A DNA stretch of 64,000 nt, taken from the IMG/VR virus record IMGVR_UViG_3300034374_009547; one strand, 5' to 3'. The notes under the pieces are model-generated. The model made no database searches. It saw only the letters and a program-made list of their open reading frames with translations, and had not been told where the DNA came from. Within the stretch, counting starts at the first letter, position 1; every line of letters starts with the position of its first letter. The position numbers were made by a program, and so were the translations under genes. Shown here piece by piece: positions 37,164-48,489 of this stretch. Source of the DNA: a virus (lineage: Duplodnaviria > Caudoviricetes).

Positions 37164-37169
37164 TAAATA
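37164..37169 (+). promoter_or_regulatory. Putative late promoter core (TAAATA) for the fibre operon
   Basis: About 90 nt upstream of ATG 37262, followed by a structured leader. Confidence 0.6.
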
Positions 37170-37261
37170 CTTATGTTAAGGTAACGAGCCTCAACGAGGA
37201 CTTATGAGGACCCAACCTCGTAGACCATAGAACGGCAAATGATTAAAAAAAGGAGAAAATC

Positions 37262-37627
37262 ATGGGACGCCCAGTAAACAAAAGAAACTTCGGTACAACC
37301 GGTGTAGACGCAACACCAAAGGTGCCAATTAGATTCCACGACGGATCAAGTTTAATTGAAGGATATATTCTTTCACAAAGAGGAACAAATAAATTTAATT
37401 GTTCAAACGACGGTGACACAATCACAAGAGTATGCAGACTTACATCAGACGGTTCAGCACCAAACGCAAATTTCGAATGTCAACTAATTGGTATCGGTGC
37501 AGGCGGCGGTGCAATTGCAATTAAGAAATTGTTCAACAGAACAGCAGTAGATTACAATAACAATCGTTATACATGGACAACAGAAGACGACTCTACAGAA
37601 TCATTGCTAAGATTAACTGCAATTTAA
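37262..37627 (+). CDS. Small probable virion structural protein
   Basis: 121 aa, strong AAAGGAG SD, first gene of the fibre operon. Confidence 0.75.
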   Translation: MGRPVNKRNFGTTGVDATPKVPIRFHDGSSLIEGYILSQRGTNKFNCSNDGDTITRVCRLTSDGSAPNANFECQLIGIGAGGGAIAIKKLFNRTAVDYNNNRYTWTTEDDSTESLLRLTAI

Positions 37628-37638
37628 GGAGTTAAACT

Positions 37639-38646
37639 ATGGGTATCTTTGTTAATCGAATAGGTGGTAACTACTACAAATTACAAGTTGATACAGGCGG
37701 AGATATTATTCTTGATGTCGGTACAACGGGTAAAGTTACCATTGACGGTGACTTAGATGTGTTAGGTGAACAAACCAGTGTTGGATCCACTCAACTTGTT
37801 GTAGACGATAATACTATTACCGTTAACAACGGAGAGACTGGAAATGGTATAACACTAGGAACTGCCGGACTTATTATGGATCGCGGTACTGATGATGATG
37901 CTCACTTCTTTTTTGATGAATCATTAGTCGGTAAAGGTGCTGAAATTGATGGTGCATTTGTAACAAGAATTGCCACAGGCGATTTAGTTAGCTTATACAC
38001 CAATGCAATATTAACAAACGGCGAGCCACTATATTTGGTAGGTACTGGTACAGGACTTGCAACGGTAACTGGTACAACTGATTATGAAAAACAAATTTGG
38101 AATTACACAGGCGATAACATTAACTTAGAACCTTTAAATCCAGATGGATTAGTTGCACCTAACGATGACGATGCTTTACTCAATGTAAAAGGTTTACAGG
38201 ACTATGTCCGAGACTATTTTGCAATTAACTTTCAAGAAAAAATTACCACAGGAACTTTAACTCCTACAAGAGTTGAAGCATTTGATACAGAAACTGGTGG
38301 AGTTACAAGTAGAGTTGAAATTAGTGTAGATGATACAATAATTGCAACTTTTTATGAAACTAGAGTAGAATTTGAAAATTTAAGATTTGACGATGACACT
38401 ATTACTAGTAACGGAATCAACGGTGATGTTGTGCTAAGAGCAGCAGGAACTGGATTTATTAAAATGGATGATTACACAAATTATACCATTCAAACAGATC
38501 CAGCTAGTCCTCCAACAGAAGGCACATTATTGTATAGTAAAACATTAGGAGATGGTGGTACAGGTTTGTATTTTAAAAATGAAGACGGGACATCAGACGA
38601 ATTGGTTAGTAGGAATAAAGCATTACTTTATAGTATTATATTTTAA
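37639..38646 (+). CDS. Probable virion/fibre-associated protein
   Basis: 335 aa, Thr/Gly/Asp-rich beta-type sequence (VTIDGDLDVLG, VDDNTITVNNGE), AAGGAG SD. Confidence 0.7.
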   Translation: MGIFVNRIGGNYYKLQVDTGGDIILDVGTTGKVTIDGDLDVLGEQTSVGSTQLVVDDNTITVNNGETGNGITLGTAGLIMDRGTDDDAHFFFDESLVGKGAEIDGAFVTRIATGDLVSLYTNAILTNGEPLYLVGTGTGLATVTGTTDYEKQIWNYTGDNINLEPLNPDGLVAPNDDDALLNVKGLQDYVRDYFAINFQEKITTGTLTPTRVEAFDTETGGVTSRVEISVDDTIIATFYETRVEFENLRFDDDTITSNGINGDVVLRAAGTGFIKMDDYTNYTIQTDPASPPTEGTLLYSKTLGDGGTGLYFKNEDGTSDELVSRNKALLYSIIF

Positions 38647-38657
38647 GGATAAACAAC

Positions 38658-38990
38658 ATGGCAATAGTAAACGCAGCAATAGCAACAACAGATACGACAC
38701 TACTTACCGTGCCAGCAGGCAAGAAGTATGCTATCACTACTTTGCTTGTTTGTAATACTGCTACAGATGATGGTACAGGTGCAGGAGACACTAAGTTTGA
38801 TTGTCACGTCATACCTGATGGACAAAGTAAAGCAACAACAAATTTAATCATTAATGATTTAGAAGTTGCAGCAGCAGATACTTTTACGTTTGCAGCTGAA
38901 AGATTAATTTTAGAAGAAGGTGATAGAGTTGTAGTTGTTGGAACAACACCTACAAATTTAAGCGCCACACTTAGTTATTTGGAAGTTTAA
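38658..38990 (+). CDS. Small probable virion structural protein
   Basis: 110 aa, beta-rich, AAGGA SD, abuts the giant fibre gene. Confidence 0.7.
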   Translation: MAIVNAAIATTDTTLLTVPAGKKYAITTLLVCNTATDDGTGAGDTKFDCHVIPDGQSKATTNLIINDLEVAAADTFTFAAERLILEEGDRVVVVGTTPTNLSATLSYLEV

Positions 38991-41900
38991 ATGAGTTTTA
39001 TTAAGAAGCAGTCATTACACAAAAGAAAAGTAGGAGATAAGTCATTTATTCTTACTGCCGACGGCAACATTGAGATGAATCTTGCTGCCGGTAAAACATT
39101 TACGGTAGATGCAGATTTCATAGCAACTGGAGATGTATCAGGTCCAAAAACAGAAAATGTTTTTTATGTTACAAAAGATGGTAGTGATGATAATGACGGC
39201 CGAAGTTCTGACGGTAAAGGTGCATTTGCAACAATTAAAAAAGCAGCTGAAGTAGCACCTTCTGGCTCAACAATCATTGTTGCACCAGGCGATTATTTTG
39301 AAGAAAATCCTATTACACTTAAAGACTTTGTAACCATTACAGGACAAGGTGAATTACGTAATACAAGATTATTTCCAAAAAATAATACATCAGACTTCTT
39401 CTATATGGGTAATGGCTGTTACTTGTATCAACTTACATTTAGGGCACTTCGTGCGCCAGGATGGTGTGTAAAGATTAGACCAGGTGCATTGGTTACAACA
39501 TCTCCTTATGTACAAAACTGCACAAATATGAACGGTCCTTGGTTAAACGACGGTACTGAATTTATACCGTTTGAAACCGTTCAAATTGAAGGAATTGAAC
39601 CGGGCGCAAGACCACTAACGTTAGCAGATAATCCAAGTCTTCCATTTGACAAACAAGTAAACTTAACCGGTGGCGGTGGCGGGATGTTTGTCGACGGCGA
39701 CCAATATGATCCAGCATCACTTGTGTTTTCATTTGTTGCAGACGCATTTACACAAATTGCTCAAGGTGGTCCAGGATTTGAAGTTACTAACTTTGGTTAT
39801 ACTCAGATTGTTAGTTGCTTCTCTGTTTTCTGTTCAACAGGATTCAAAACAACAAAAGGCGGCTATTTAAGTATCTCTAACTCGGTATCTGACTTTGGTA
39901 CATTTGGTTGTGTTGCAGATGGATTTTATCCAATTGCATATACACAAGCTGTGCCAACTGAAGATTATTTTAGTACCGTTGGTAGTATTACAATCAATCA
40001 ACCAGGAGTTGGATATACCAGCAATCCTACAATTACAATCGAATCCCCAGACGGTGCAGGTGGTGTAACAGCTACCGCTACTGGACAAGTCGACCTTACC
40101 ACAGGACAATTAGCTGCTATTACAATCACAAATAATGGTAGTGGATATACATCAGTACCAACCGTTACAATTACAGGCGGTGGCGCAACTATTCAAGCAG
40201 AAGGTACCGTAAACTTAACAACAAATAGTGTTATATCATTAGCAAGTTTACGAGATAAACCACAAACTGGTAGTATTATAAAATTTGATGACGACGATAC
40301 ATATTACTACATTACAGCAAACTCAATTACAAAGACGCCATTTAATTATAATGAAGAAACTTGTAAAAGAGATGTAAGACGTATTGTTGATGCTGTAACA
40401 GGTGATATTGTTTTAGGAACATATTATCAAACAACAGCAGCCGCTACTAGCTATTTACGTAGTACATCAACAAAGGTTATTTTAGATCAATTAGAACCTA
40501 CAATATATGCAATTGAAGCTGCTAGAGATCAAATGAAAGCAAGAACAACAAATCTTGCAATGAAAGAAGAAATTGATCAGCGTTTTAATATTATTACAAC
40601 AACTTTAGCAGCAGGTGACAGCACTGAAACAGAATTTGTTGGTAGTGACTTTGTAAATGCATTAAATGATATTAATAGTATTGATAATGAAATAATTGAA
40701 GCAAAAAATAACATTCTTGCTAATAGAGATTTTATTATAGAAGAACTTACTGCTTATATTAATGATCAGTTTACAGAACTAAGTTATAACCAAACAAAAT
40801 ATACTAGTGAAATGTCAGAATTTATTACAAGTATGGCATACTACGTAGGCTTTAATGGAAGCGATCATAAAGTTTTAAGGGCTGCTCGCGAATGGAGCAA
40901 TAGTAGAGCAAGATTTAATGATATGATGATATCTAGCTTTAGATATTTACAACAACGTTTCCTTGCATTATCTGAAGTACAAGCAAGTGCAGTTGCAGTT
41001 ACAAATGTTAATGAAGCATTTGAACAACTTGCAAACATTATTGACGAAGGCGATAGTGCAGGTATTACTACAGAATTTCCGGCAGCAGTTGGTACTAATC
41101 AAAATGAAATTGATGCTAGAGATCAATTAATTGCAAATATGGATTTCTTGAAAGCAGAATTTATTGCATATCTTGATAGCATTAACTCAACTATAAGTTA
41201 TACTCAAAGTAAGTTTGAACAAGATGTTGAAAATGCTGTAAATAGTGTAATTTACGATATTATGTACGGAGGTAATACTGCAACTAAAAAAGAAGCTGAT
41301 TATTACTTCAATAGCGAAACTTGGAGTTCTAATTATACTCAAGTTGAAAGACAAGCTATTATTGACTCATGGGCAAGAACACGTTTTGCAATGCAACGTA
41401 TTGTAAGAGGATTGTCAATTACTCCAACTACTGGTAATGCGCAAACACAAGATTTTACAAGTGGCACTGCAACTCAAATCGAAGCAAATATTGCTGATAG
41501 CTTGATTCAGTATTACGAAACCGTTTTGACCGATTTAGCATTAACTAATCTACCACTTGATGTTTTACCGTTATACGATGATGAATCTGTATTACAACAA
41601 GCAGCAGCAAATACTATTTTAGCACAAAGAGATAATTTCATTGAGGATGCAATTGCTTATAATTTAGCAAACAACCCAACTCTAACATATGATGTATCAA
41701 AATGTAAAAGAGATGTAGAATATATTATAGATGCAATATACAGCGATGCACAATTAGGCACAAACCATCGCAGTATTACTGCTGGTTTAGCTTACCAGAG
41801 AGCTAATGTTGCTTATTTGAATACAGAACAAAAACCTGCTACAATTATTGCTATGCGTGAAGCAAAACGTTTGTTAGTTGCAGCGGCAAATGGTAATTCA

Positions 41901-44900
41901 ACATTCCAAACTGATGTAAGCAATTTGTTCGATGTAGTGCTTGACATTATTGAATTTAATCAATTACCAAGTGAAGGAACCGTGTATCCTGAACCAGGGC
42001 CTGCAAGTACTGAATTAATTAATTCAACAAATCAACTAATTGCAAACAAAGATTTTTTAGTAGCTGAAGTTATTGCAAAGATTGCAGTAGATAACTTTGT
42101 TTATGATCAAGCAAAGTGCGAAAGAGATACTGGAATCATACTAGATGGTGTATATTATGATGCAGCATTTGGAACCAATTATAATGCAGTGACAAGCGGT
42201 CTTGCATATCAAAGAGGTAATAGTGCAAAAGTAATTAGTGATCAAATTACAGAAACCGTTGGTGCATTAACATTTGCAAAAGGTGAAGCAGCAACAGCTT
42301 TAGTATCTAATACTACCGCAGTGTCTAGAAGTAATGCAGCATTTGATGAAATTATTGATATTATTCAAAATGGAGCCGAAGGTACAGATCAAGCAGCAGA
42401 TCCTTTAACGTTTCCTAATCCAACAAGTGCAACCGCAGCACAAATTGCTGCAAAAGATCAACTACAGAATAACAGAGACTTCTTAGCAGCGGAAGCAGTA
42501 TCTTACATTCAAAATAACTATCAAAACTTTACTTATAATAGTGAAAAGTGTGAACGTGATGTTGGATTAATCATGGATGCTGTTGCACTTGATGTTGTAT
42601 TAGGAACAAACTTTAATGCAGTTACAGCAGGTTTAGCATATCAACGTGCAAGCAATGACTACTTACAAGACAATCAAAAAATACAAACACTTAGTGCTTT
42701 ACGTCAACTTAAAAAAGAAATAGTAGAAATTGGATTAAGTGACGATGCTGAACCATTAGCTGAAGCAGCTATGGACGAAGTTATTGATATTTTAGAAAAT
42801 GGTGTAATTAGTACTGATACAGCCGCGGACGCACTAGTATTTCCTGCACCTAGTAGTCTACCAACTGCAAATGCAGTTGAAGCAAAAGATCAACTTGTTG
42901 CAAACAAAGAGTTTATTAAAGACGAAATAATTGCATGGATTGGTGTAAACTATCCTGCTTTAACATATGATGCAGTAAAATGTGAACGTGATGTTGGATA
43001 TATTATTGATGCATTATGTCATGACATTTTATACGGTGGAAATAGTGCCACTAAAATTGCAGCAGAAAGTTACTTTGTTGGTGCTGCAAGTCAACTAGGA
43101 TCAGGTCAACAAGCTGCGACCGTAGCAGCATATCAGAGACTAAAAGATGTTGTTGGTGACGTAGTTATGGAATTATCTGTTGTTAAATCAGCAGGTAATG
43201 CGTTAAATCAAGATACTTCAGGAACACCAGCAAGTTCTACTGAAGCAGATGATGTAGAAGGTTTAGTTCAAATAATTGAAGATGTAATTGCAGCAGGAAA
43301 CATAAGCGGGTTACCTGCAACACAATATCCATCTTTAACTTGGGCTGCAAATGATTTACAAGAAGCATATAGTCAAATTAAAGGAAATAAAGAATTTGTA
43401 CAAGAGCGTATATTAATTCATATTGCAAATAATTTCCAAAGTTTTGATTATGATGAAGTAAAATGTCGTAGAGATGTAGGAATTATGATAGAAGCAGTTG
43501 CTTATGATGCAGCAATTGGTACAAATTACAATTCTGTAACAGCAGGTCTAGCCTATCAAAGAGCAAATAGTTCATATGTTTTAAGTGGACAAAACTTACA
43601 AACGGTGCTGGCAATTAGATATCTAAGAGATCAAATTGCAGCTAACGGAACTTTACAAAGTAGTTTTAGAAGTGCTACAACTGCTGGGTTTAATGAAATA
43701 ATTGATATTATCGAAAATGGTGTAGTAAGCACAGATACAGCAGCTGACGCTCTTGTATTTCCAGATCCTGGTATAGATGCAAATCAAGTCAATGCAAAAG
43801 ATAGAATGATTGCTAACAAAGAATATGCAGCAAAAGAAACTTCTGCATTTGTTACAAATAACTATCCAGCGGTAGTTTTTGATAGCACAAAATGTGAAAG
43901 AGACGTAAAATATATCATTGATGCATTATGTTATGATATTATGTATGGCGGCAATCTTGCAACTAAGCAAGCCGCAGAAAGTTACTTTGTTGGTGCTGCA
44001 AGTCAGTTAGGTGCTGGACAAGCTACCGCTACCGTTGCTGCATACAACGAATTAGCAAACTTGCTATCAGATATTGTTCAAAACATTGCTCATGCAAGTA
44101 ACGAACAAGTTGTTGTAACACAAGACACAAGCGGAAGCGCATCAGATGCAGGTACTGGTGGTGAAATACAAGACTTGTTACAAATAATTGAAGATGTTAT
44201 TGCAGCAGGAAATATTACTAATATTCCAGCAGATTCTAACACTGATATTACTTGGACTAGCGTATTAAATCAAGATAATTTTACTTCATTAGTTGCTACT
44301 ACAAGTGATTATCAAAATTTAGTTATAAACTATATAGAAAGAACATTTACAAGAACATTTACATTTAATGCTACAAAATGTAATAGAGATACCAAGTACA
44401 TTGTTGATGCTTTAACATATGATATTATTTACGGTGGTAATGCTGCAACACTTGATGCTGCTAGAAGCTATTATGTTGGAACAACAAGTCAAGTTACAGG
44501 ACAACAACAAGAAACAGCAAATGCTCTTGGATGGATTAAAACTTTATTAGGTGATGTGTTATTAGATGTTGCAGTTGCCGATCCAGAACAAACTGCCGAA
44601 ACACAAGATGTTACAGCAGGTGCAGCAAGTGCAACTGAAGTTACTAGAGCAGAAACATTATTACAAATTATTCAAGATGTTATTACTGATGGTTTAGATC
44701 AACTGCCAACAGAAACATTCCCTTCTACAGGGTGGATTTCTGCAGGAATTCAAACTGCAATTGATAACTTAGTAAGTGAAAAAACAACAATTGTTAATGA
44801 TACTATAAGTTACATTGAAACAACATATAATGGCTTCAGTTATGATATTGATAAGTGTTCAAGAGATACAGGATACATTATTGATGCTGTTACACACGAT

Positions 44901-47900
44901 TTACTTTATCAAGGCAACATTGCGACACTTATTGCAACTAGAGCTTATTTCTTAGGTACAGCTAATTATTTGCCAGATGAACAAAAAGATATAACCGTTG
45001 CAGCATATGAACATTTAGCTCAAGTTGCAGCTGATTGTATAGAAGGTACAGCAGTTACTCCGTCTGTAGGAAACACAGAACCACAAGTTCTTGGCGGAGC
45101 ATATGGTACATCTACAGAATCAGGTCAAGCTGTATTATTGTTTAGAATTCCAAAAAATGCAATTGACAACGGAACACTTGTAGGTACACCTGCTGAAATA
45201 CAACCAGATTTTGCTTGGTTGCCAGCAACTATAAAATCAGCAGCAACAGACATGTTAGCTCAAAAAGTTAATATTCAAAACGGTGTTATTTCTTATATTA
45301 CAGATAATTTAATTGATTTTGAATATAATATTGTAAAGTGTAAAAGAGATACAGGATACATTATTGAAGCATTAATATATGATTTAATGTATGGTGGTAA
45401 CAAACAAACACGTAGAGCTGCACAAGCATATTACAATGGTGCAATTTTAGGAGCAGCAAAAGTTGGTAATGCAGATCAAGTTTTAGTTACAGCATATTCA
45501 TATTACTACTTAGGTGATATATTAGCAAAAGTTGCAAAGAACGAAACGGTTACAAAAAGTTACAACAATACTGAAGTACAGGTAATTACAACACCCGATA
45601 GTGATGATACAACAGCAACTAGAATTGAATTGTTAATTGATAGAATAGCTTTAAGTGTTCTTGAAGGATACACAACAGGTTGGCAAGAGAATAATCATAA
45701 CTACGAATTAGGTAGTGGTGCTTACTTAACTGAAAGAAACACTATATTAGCAGACTTAGAAAGTATTGTAACAACAACAATTGACGACTTAAATGCTGAA
45801 TACGGTGGTGAAGCAACTATTACTATCTTCCCAGGTGTTATTAGTGTAACACAAGATAAAAAGGCAAATCTTTATAATGTTAGTACAATTTCTACATCGG
45901 GACATGCATTTGAATATGTAGGTGCAGGTGTTGATTATAATGCTCTACCTTTCTTTGGCGGCACAGCAATTTCAGAAAACGAAATTGTACAACTTAACCA
46001 AGGTAAAGTATTTGCTGGTGGTACGGTTGACCAAATTGGTAACTTTAGAGTTGGTGACTTATTTGCAGTTAATGCTCTAACAGGTGCGATTGATCTAAAT
46101 GCTAACCAAATTAGTTTAGAAGGCTTGACAAGTGTTGGTCCGTTTATTAGAAATGGTATTCCAGTTGGTGTCGAATTAAAAGAGGTTAGCGACAATACTA
46201 ACTTACTTGCAAGTACAGGTACTCAAGACTTCCAAACTGCTCCTACACAAAGAGCTGTTGGAATTTATGTAGAAAATAGATATCTAAACAAATTAACTGG
46301 TGGTACGGTTACTGGTAATATTGTATTGAACGGTGACTTTGATGTTAACGGTGATGTTATTAGTACTGATACAAGTGGTACATTTAACCTACTTAATACA
46401 AGTGCTACTACTATAGAAGCATTTGGTGATGCAACTACCATTAACATGGGTGCGCCTACAGGTACATTTACAATTAATCCAGATTTAGTTGTAGAAGGTG
46501 ATTTAACCGTTAATGGTGATATTGTACTTACAGGTGATTACTCACTAAACATTCCAGATGAGAGCTTACAAGCGTATAGCATCAGTACTGAAGGTAGCTT
46601 AGACTACGTTAGTATTAACACAAGAACAGACGAAGAAAAAATTACTTTTGGAGAAAGACCACAAGTTGAAATTCAAAATCTAATAGAGTCTACAAGCACT
46701 ACAACAGGTGCATTAGTAGTTGATGGCGGTGTTGGAATAGCAAAAAGTTTGTATGTAGGTATTGATTTTACTGCTAATGGTAATGTTATTCTTGGCGATG
46801 ATAGAGCAGTTGACACTCTTGATATTAATGCTACAACAGATATTGATGTTCCAGATAACGCAACCGATGTGTTTAGAATTCATGAAAATATTAATGATTA
46901 CATTAGTATAAACACAACAGATAATTCAGAAGTTGTAGAATTTGGCGCAACTCCTAATGTAATAATTCTAAATGCAGATGATGCTACTGATAATGTAACT
47001 GGTGCATTACAAGTTACAGGTGGTATTAGCACTCAAGTTAACGTTCATGCAGGACAAGATATTGTTGCTGACAGAGACATAATTGCAGACAGAGATATTG
47101 AAGTAAATGGTACTAATATCATTACTGACGAAACTGGAACATTTAATGTCTTTAACACAAACGCAACTACAATCAATGCATTTGGCGATGCTACTGCAAT
47201 CAACATTGGTGCAGATACCGGTACATTAACCGTTGCAAACGAAATAACAATTTTTGATAGTGTGGAAGCAATCCAAATTCCAGTCGGTACTGATTTAGAA
47301 CGTCCAACAGAAGCAACAGGTCAAATACGTTTTAACACTGACAGCACAAGTTTTGAAGGCTATGACGGAACAGCGTGGGGTAGCTTAGGCGGAGTAAGAG
47401 ATGTTGATCAAGATACATTTATTAGACCAGAATCTACTCCAGGTGCAGACGAAGATACTATTACATTCCATACAAACGATGTTCAAAGGATGTCATTAGG
47501 CAATACTTTGTTAAACATTGATGCTACCGTAAAAGTAACAATAGATAGCACAGAAGTATCATCTAATTATAACACAGGCGCATTAGTAGTAGCCGGAGGT
47601 GTTGGTATTGCTAAAGACTTGTATGTTCAAGGATTTATTAGTGGTAATAATTCGGGTGTGTTACAGCTAACAGATCTTGCAAGTGACAAGATTTTAATCA
47701 AAGCTGACACAATTGAATCTCCAGAATCTATTAAATGGATATCAAATGCACCTGATAGTGCAGCAGATGATATTGTTTATCCAATCAGTTTAGCACACCA
47801 TAGTGTAAGCGGATCGCCAGCTGTTGGAAGCGGTACAGGACTAAGATTTGAACTTGAAACATCAAACAGCAATTATGAAATTGGCGGACAAATTGATTCA

Positions 47901-48380
47901 ATTGTGCAAGACATAACTGGAAACCAAGAAGACTTTGACATGGTATTCAGCACTATGAATTCTGGTTCTGTTACTGAAAAGTTTAGACTGAGTGAAAATA
48001 CAGCAACAATTACAACAAGTTTACAAGTTAATCAAAACTTAACCGTAACAGGATTGTTAGACGCAGCAAGTATTACAGCAAGTATATATTCAGATGATAG
48101 TACTGAAATGCTTGATGCAATTAACAATAGACTTATTGTAACTACAGGTCAAATTGGTGAACTAACACTTACAACAGATCTTGAAGTACAATACGGTGGT
48201 ACTGGTGTAAGCACATTTACAACAAATGGTATACTTTATGGTAACACAGCAGATCCAGTACAAGTTACAGATGCAGCAGGTACAAGTGATGCAAGCGAAT
48301 CGTTCCAAATACTTACCGTAACAAGTGATGTTGATGCAACACCAGTTTGGACAGATACTATCGACGGTGGTAGCTTTTAA
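38991..48380 (+). CDS. Giant virion fibre/structural protein (3129 aa): beta-helix-like N-terminal domain, KCxRD repeats, fibre-shaft-like C-terminal part
   Basis: One uninterrupted ORF. N-terminal FYVTKDGSDDNDG..AFATIKKA / TTSPYVQNCT module, 10 clear CxRD..I.DA..D...GxN repeats, Thr/Gly-rich shaft repeats, ends IDGGSF. Confidence 0.85.
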   Translation: MSFIKKQSLHKRKVGDKSFILTADGNIEMNLAAGKTFTVDADFIATGDVSGPKTENVFYVTKDGSDDNDGRSSDGKGAFATIKKAAEVAPSGSTIIVAPGDYFEENPITLKDFVTITGQGELRNTRLFPKNNTSDFFYMGNGCYLYQLTFRALRAPGWCVKIRPGALVTTSPYVQNCTNMNGPWLNDGTEFIPFETVQIEGIEPGARPLTLADNPSLPFDKQVNLTGGGGGMFVDGDQYDPASLVFSFVADAFTQIAQGGPGFEVTNFGYTQIVSCFSVFCSTGFKTTKGGYLSISNSVSDFGTFGCVADGFYPIAYTQAVPTEDYFSTVGSITINQPGVGYTSNPTITIESPDGAGGVTATATGQVDLTTGQLAAITITNNGSGYTSVPTVTITGGGATIQAEGTVNLTTNSVISLASLRDKPQTGSIIKFDDDDTYYYITANSITKTPFNYNEETCKRDVRRIVDAVTGDIVLGTYYQTTAAATSYLRSTSTKVILDQLEPTIYAIEAARDQMKARTTNLAMKEEIDQRFNIITTTLAAGDSTETEFVGSDFVNALNDINSIDNEIIEAKNNILANRDFIIEELTAYINDQFTELSYNQTKYTSEMSEFITSMAYYVGFNGSDHKVLRAAREWSNSRARFNDMMISSFRYLQQRFLALSEVQASAVAVTNVNEAFEQLANIIDEGDSAGITTEFPAAVGTNQNEIDARDQLIANMDFLKAEFIAYLDSINSTISYTQSKFEQDVENAVNSVIYDIMYGGNTATKKEADYYFNSETWSSNYTQVERQAIIDSWARTRFAMQRIVRGLSITPTTGNAQTQDFTSGTATQIEANIADSLIQYYETVLTDLALTNLPLDVLPLYDDESVLQQAAANTILAQRDNFIEDAIAYNLANNPTLTYDVSKCKRDVEYIIDAIYSDAQLGTNHRSITAGLAYQRANVAYLNTEQKPATIIAMREAKRLLVAAANGNSTFQTDVSNLFDVVLDIIEFNQLPSEGTVYPEPGPASTELINSTNQLIANKDFLVAEVIAKIAVDNFVYDQAKCERDTGIILDGVYYDAAFGTNYNAVTSGLAYQRGNSAKVISDQITETVGALTFAKGEAATALVSNTTAVSRSNAAFDEIIDIIQNGAEGTDQAADPLTFPNPTSATAAQIAAKDQLQNNRDFLAAEAVSYIQNNYQNFTYNSEKCERDVGLIMDAVALDVVLGTNFNAVTAGLAYQRASNDYLQDNQKIQTLSALRQLKKEIVEIGLSDDAEPLAEAAMDEVIDILENGVISTDTAADALVFPAPSSLPTANAVEAKDQLVANKEFIKDEIIAWIGVNYPALTYDAVKCERDVGYIIDALCHDILYGGNSATKIAAESYFVGAASQLGSGQQAATVAAYQRLKDVVGDVVMELSVVKSAGNALNQDTSGTPASSTEADDVEGLVQIIEDVIAAGNISGLPATQYPSLTWAANDLQEAYSQIKGNKEFVQERILIHIANNFQSFDYDEVKCRRDVGIMIEAVAYDAAIGTNYNSVTAGLAYQRANSSYVLSGQNLQTVLAIRYLRDQIAANGTLQSSFRSATTAGFNEIIDIIENGVVSTDTAADALVFPDPGIDANQVNAKDRMIANKEYAAKETSAFVTNNYPAVVFDSTKCERDVKYIIDALCYDIMYGGNLATKQAAESYFVGAASQLGAGQATATVAAYNELANLLSDIVQNIAHASNEQVVVTQDTSGSASDAGTGGEIQDLLQIIEDVIAAGNITNIPADSNTDITWTSVLNQDNFTSLVATTSDYQNLVINYIERTFTRTFTFNATKCNRDTKYIVDALTYDIIYGGNAATLDAARSYYVGTTSQVTGQQQETANALGWIKTLLGDVLLDVAVADPEQTAETQDVTAGAASATEVTRAETLLQIIQDVITDGLDQLPTETFPSTGWISAGIQTAIDNLVSEKTTIVNDTISYIETTYNGFSYDIDKCSRDTGYIIDAVTHDLLYQGNIATLIATRAYFLGTANYLPDEQKDITVAAYEHLAQVAADCIEGTAVTPSVGNTEPQVLGGAYGTSTESGQAVLLFRIPKNAIDNGTLVGTPAEIQPDFAWLPATIKSAATDMLAQKVNIQNGVISYITDNLIDFEYNIVKCKRDTGYIIEALIYDLMYGGNKQTRRAAQAYYNGAILGAAKVGNADQVLVTAYSYYYLGDILAKVAKNETVTKSYNNTEVQVITTPDSDDTTATRIELLIDRIALSVLEGYTTGWQENNHNYELGSGAYLTERNTILADLESIVTTTIDDLNAEYGGEATITIFPGVISVTQDKKANLYNVSTISTSGHAFEYVGAGVDYNALPFFGGTAISENEIVQLNQGKVFAGGTVDQIGNFRVGDLFAVNALTGAIDLNANQISLEGLTSVGPFIRNGIPVGVELKEVSDNTNLLASTGTQDFQTAPTQRAVGIYVENRYLNKLTGGTVTGNIVLNGDFDVNGDVISTDTSGTFNLLNTSATTIEAFGDATTINMGAPTGTFTINPDLVVEGDLTVNGDIVLTGDYSLNIPDESLQAYSISTEGSLDYVSINTRTDEEKITFGERPQVEIQNLIESTSTTTGALVVDGGVGIAKSLYVGIDFTANGNVILGDDRAVDTLDINATTDIDVPDNATDVFRIHENINDYISINTTDNSEVVEFGATPNVIILNADDATDNVTGALQVTGGISTQVNVHAGQDIVADRDIIADRDIEVNGTNIITDETGTFNVFNTNATTINAFGDATAINIGADTGTLTVANEITIFDSVEAIQIPVGTDLERPTEATGQIRFNTDSTSFEGYDGTAWGSLGGVRDVDQDTFIRPESTPGADEDTITFHTNDVQRMSLGNTLLNIDATVKVTIDSTEVSSNYNTGALVVAGGVGIAKDLYVQGFISGNNSGVLQLTDLASDKILIKADTIESPESIKWISNAPDSAADDIVYPISLAHHSVSGSPAVGSGTGLRFELETSNSNYEIGGQIDSIVQDITGNQEDFDMVFSTMNSGSVTEKFRLSENTATITTSLQVNQNLTVTGLLDAASITASIYSDDSTEMLDAINNRLIVTTGQIGELTLTTDLEVQYGGTGVSTFTTNGILYGNTADPVQVTDAAGTSDASESFQILTVTSDVDATPVWTDTIDGGSF

Positions 48381-48406
48381 TTAAGCTACTACTTTTTCTC
48401 CTATGA

Positions 48407-48412
48407 TAAATA
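48407..48412 (+). promoter_or_regulatory. Putative late promoter core (TAAATA)
   Basis: In the gap before the 3617-aa gene; a second copy at 48471-76 lies next to AGGAGG SD. Confidence 0.55.
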
Positions 48413-48489
48413 ACATTACAGCGATTTCTATCGTGTAGTTTTGGGCGTCTATATAGACCTGACCCGTACCTAAATAGGAGGCATGCCGA

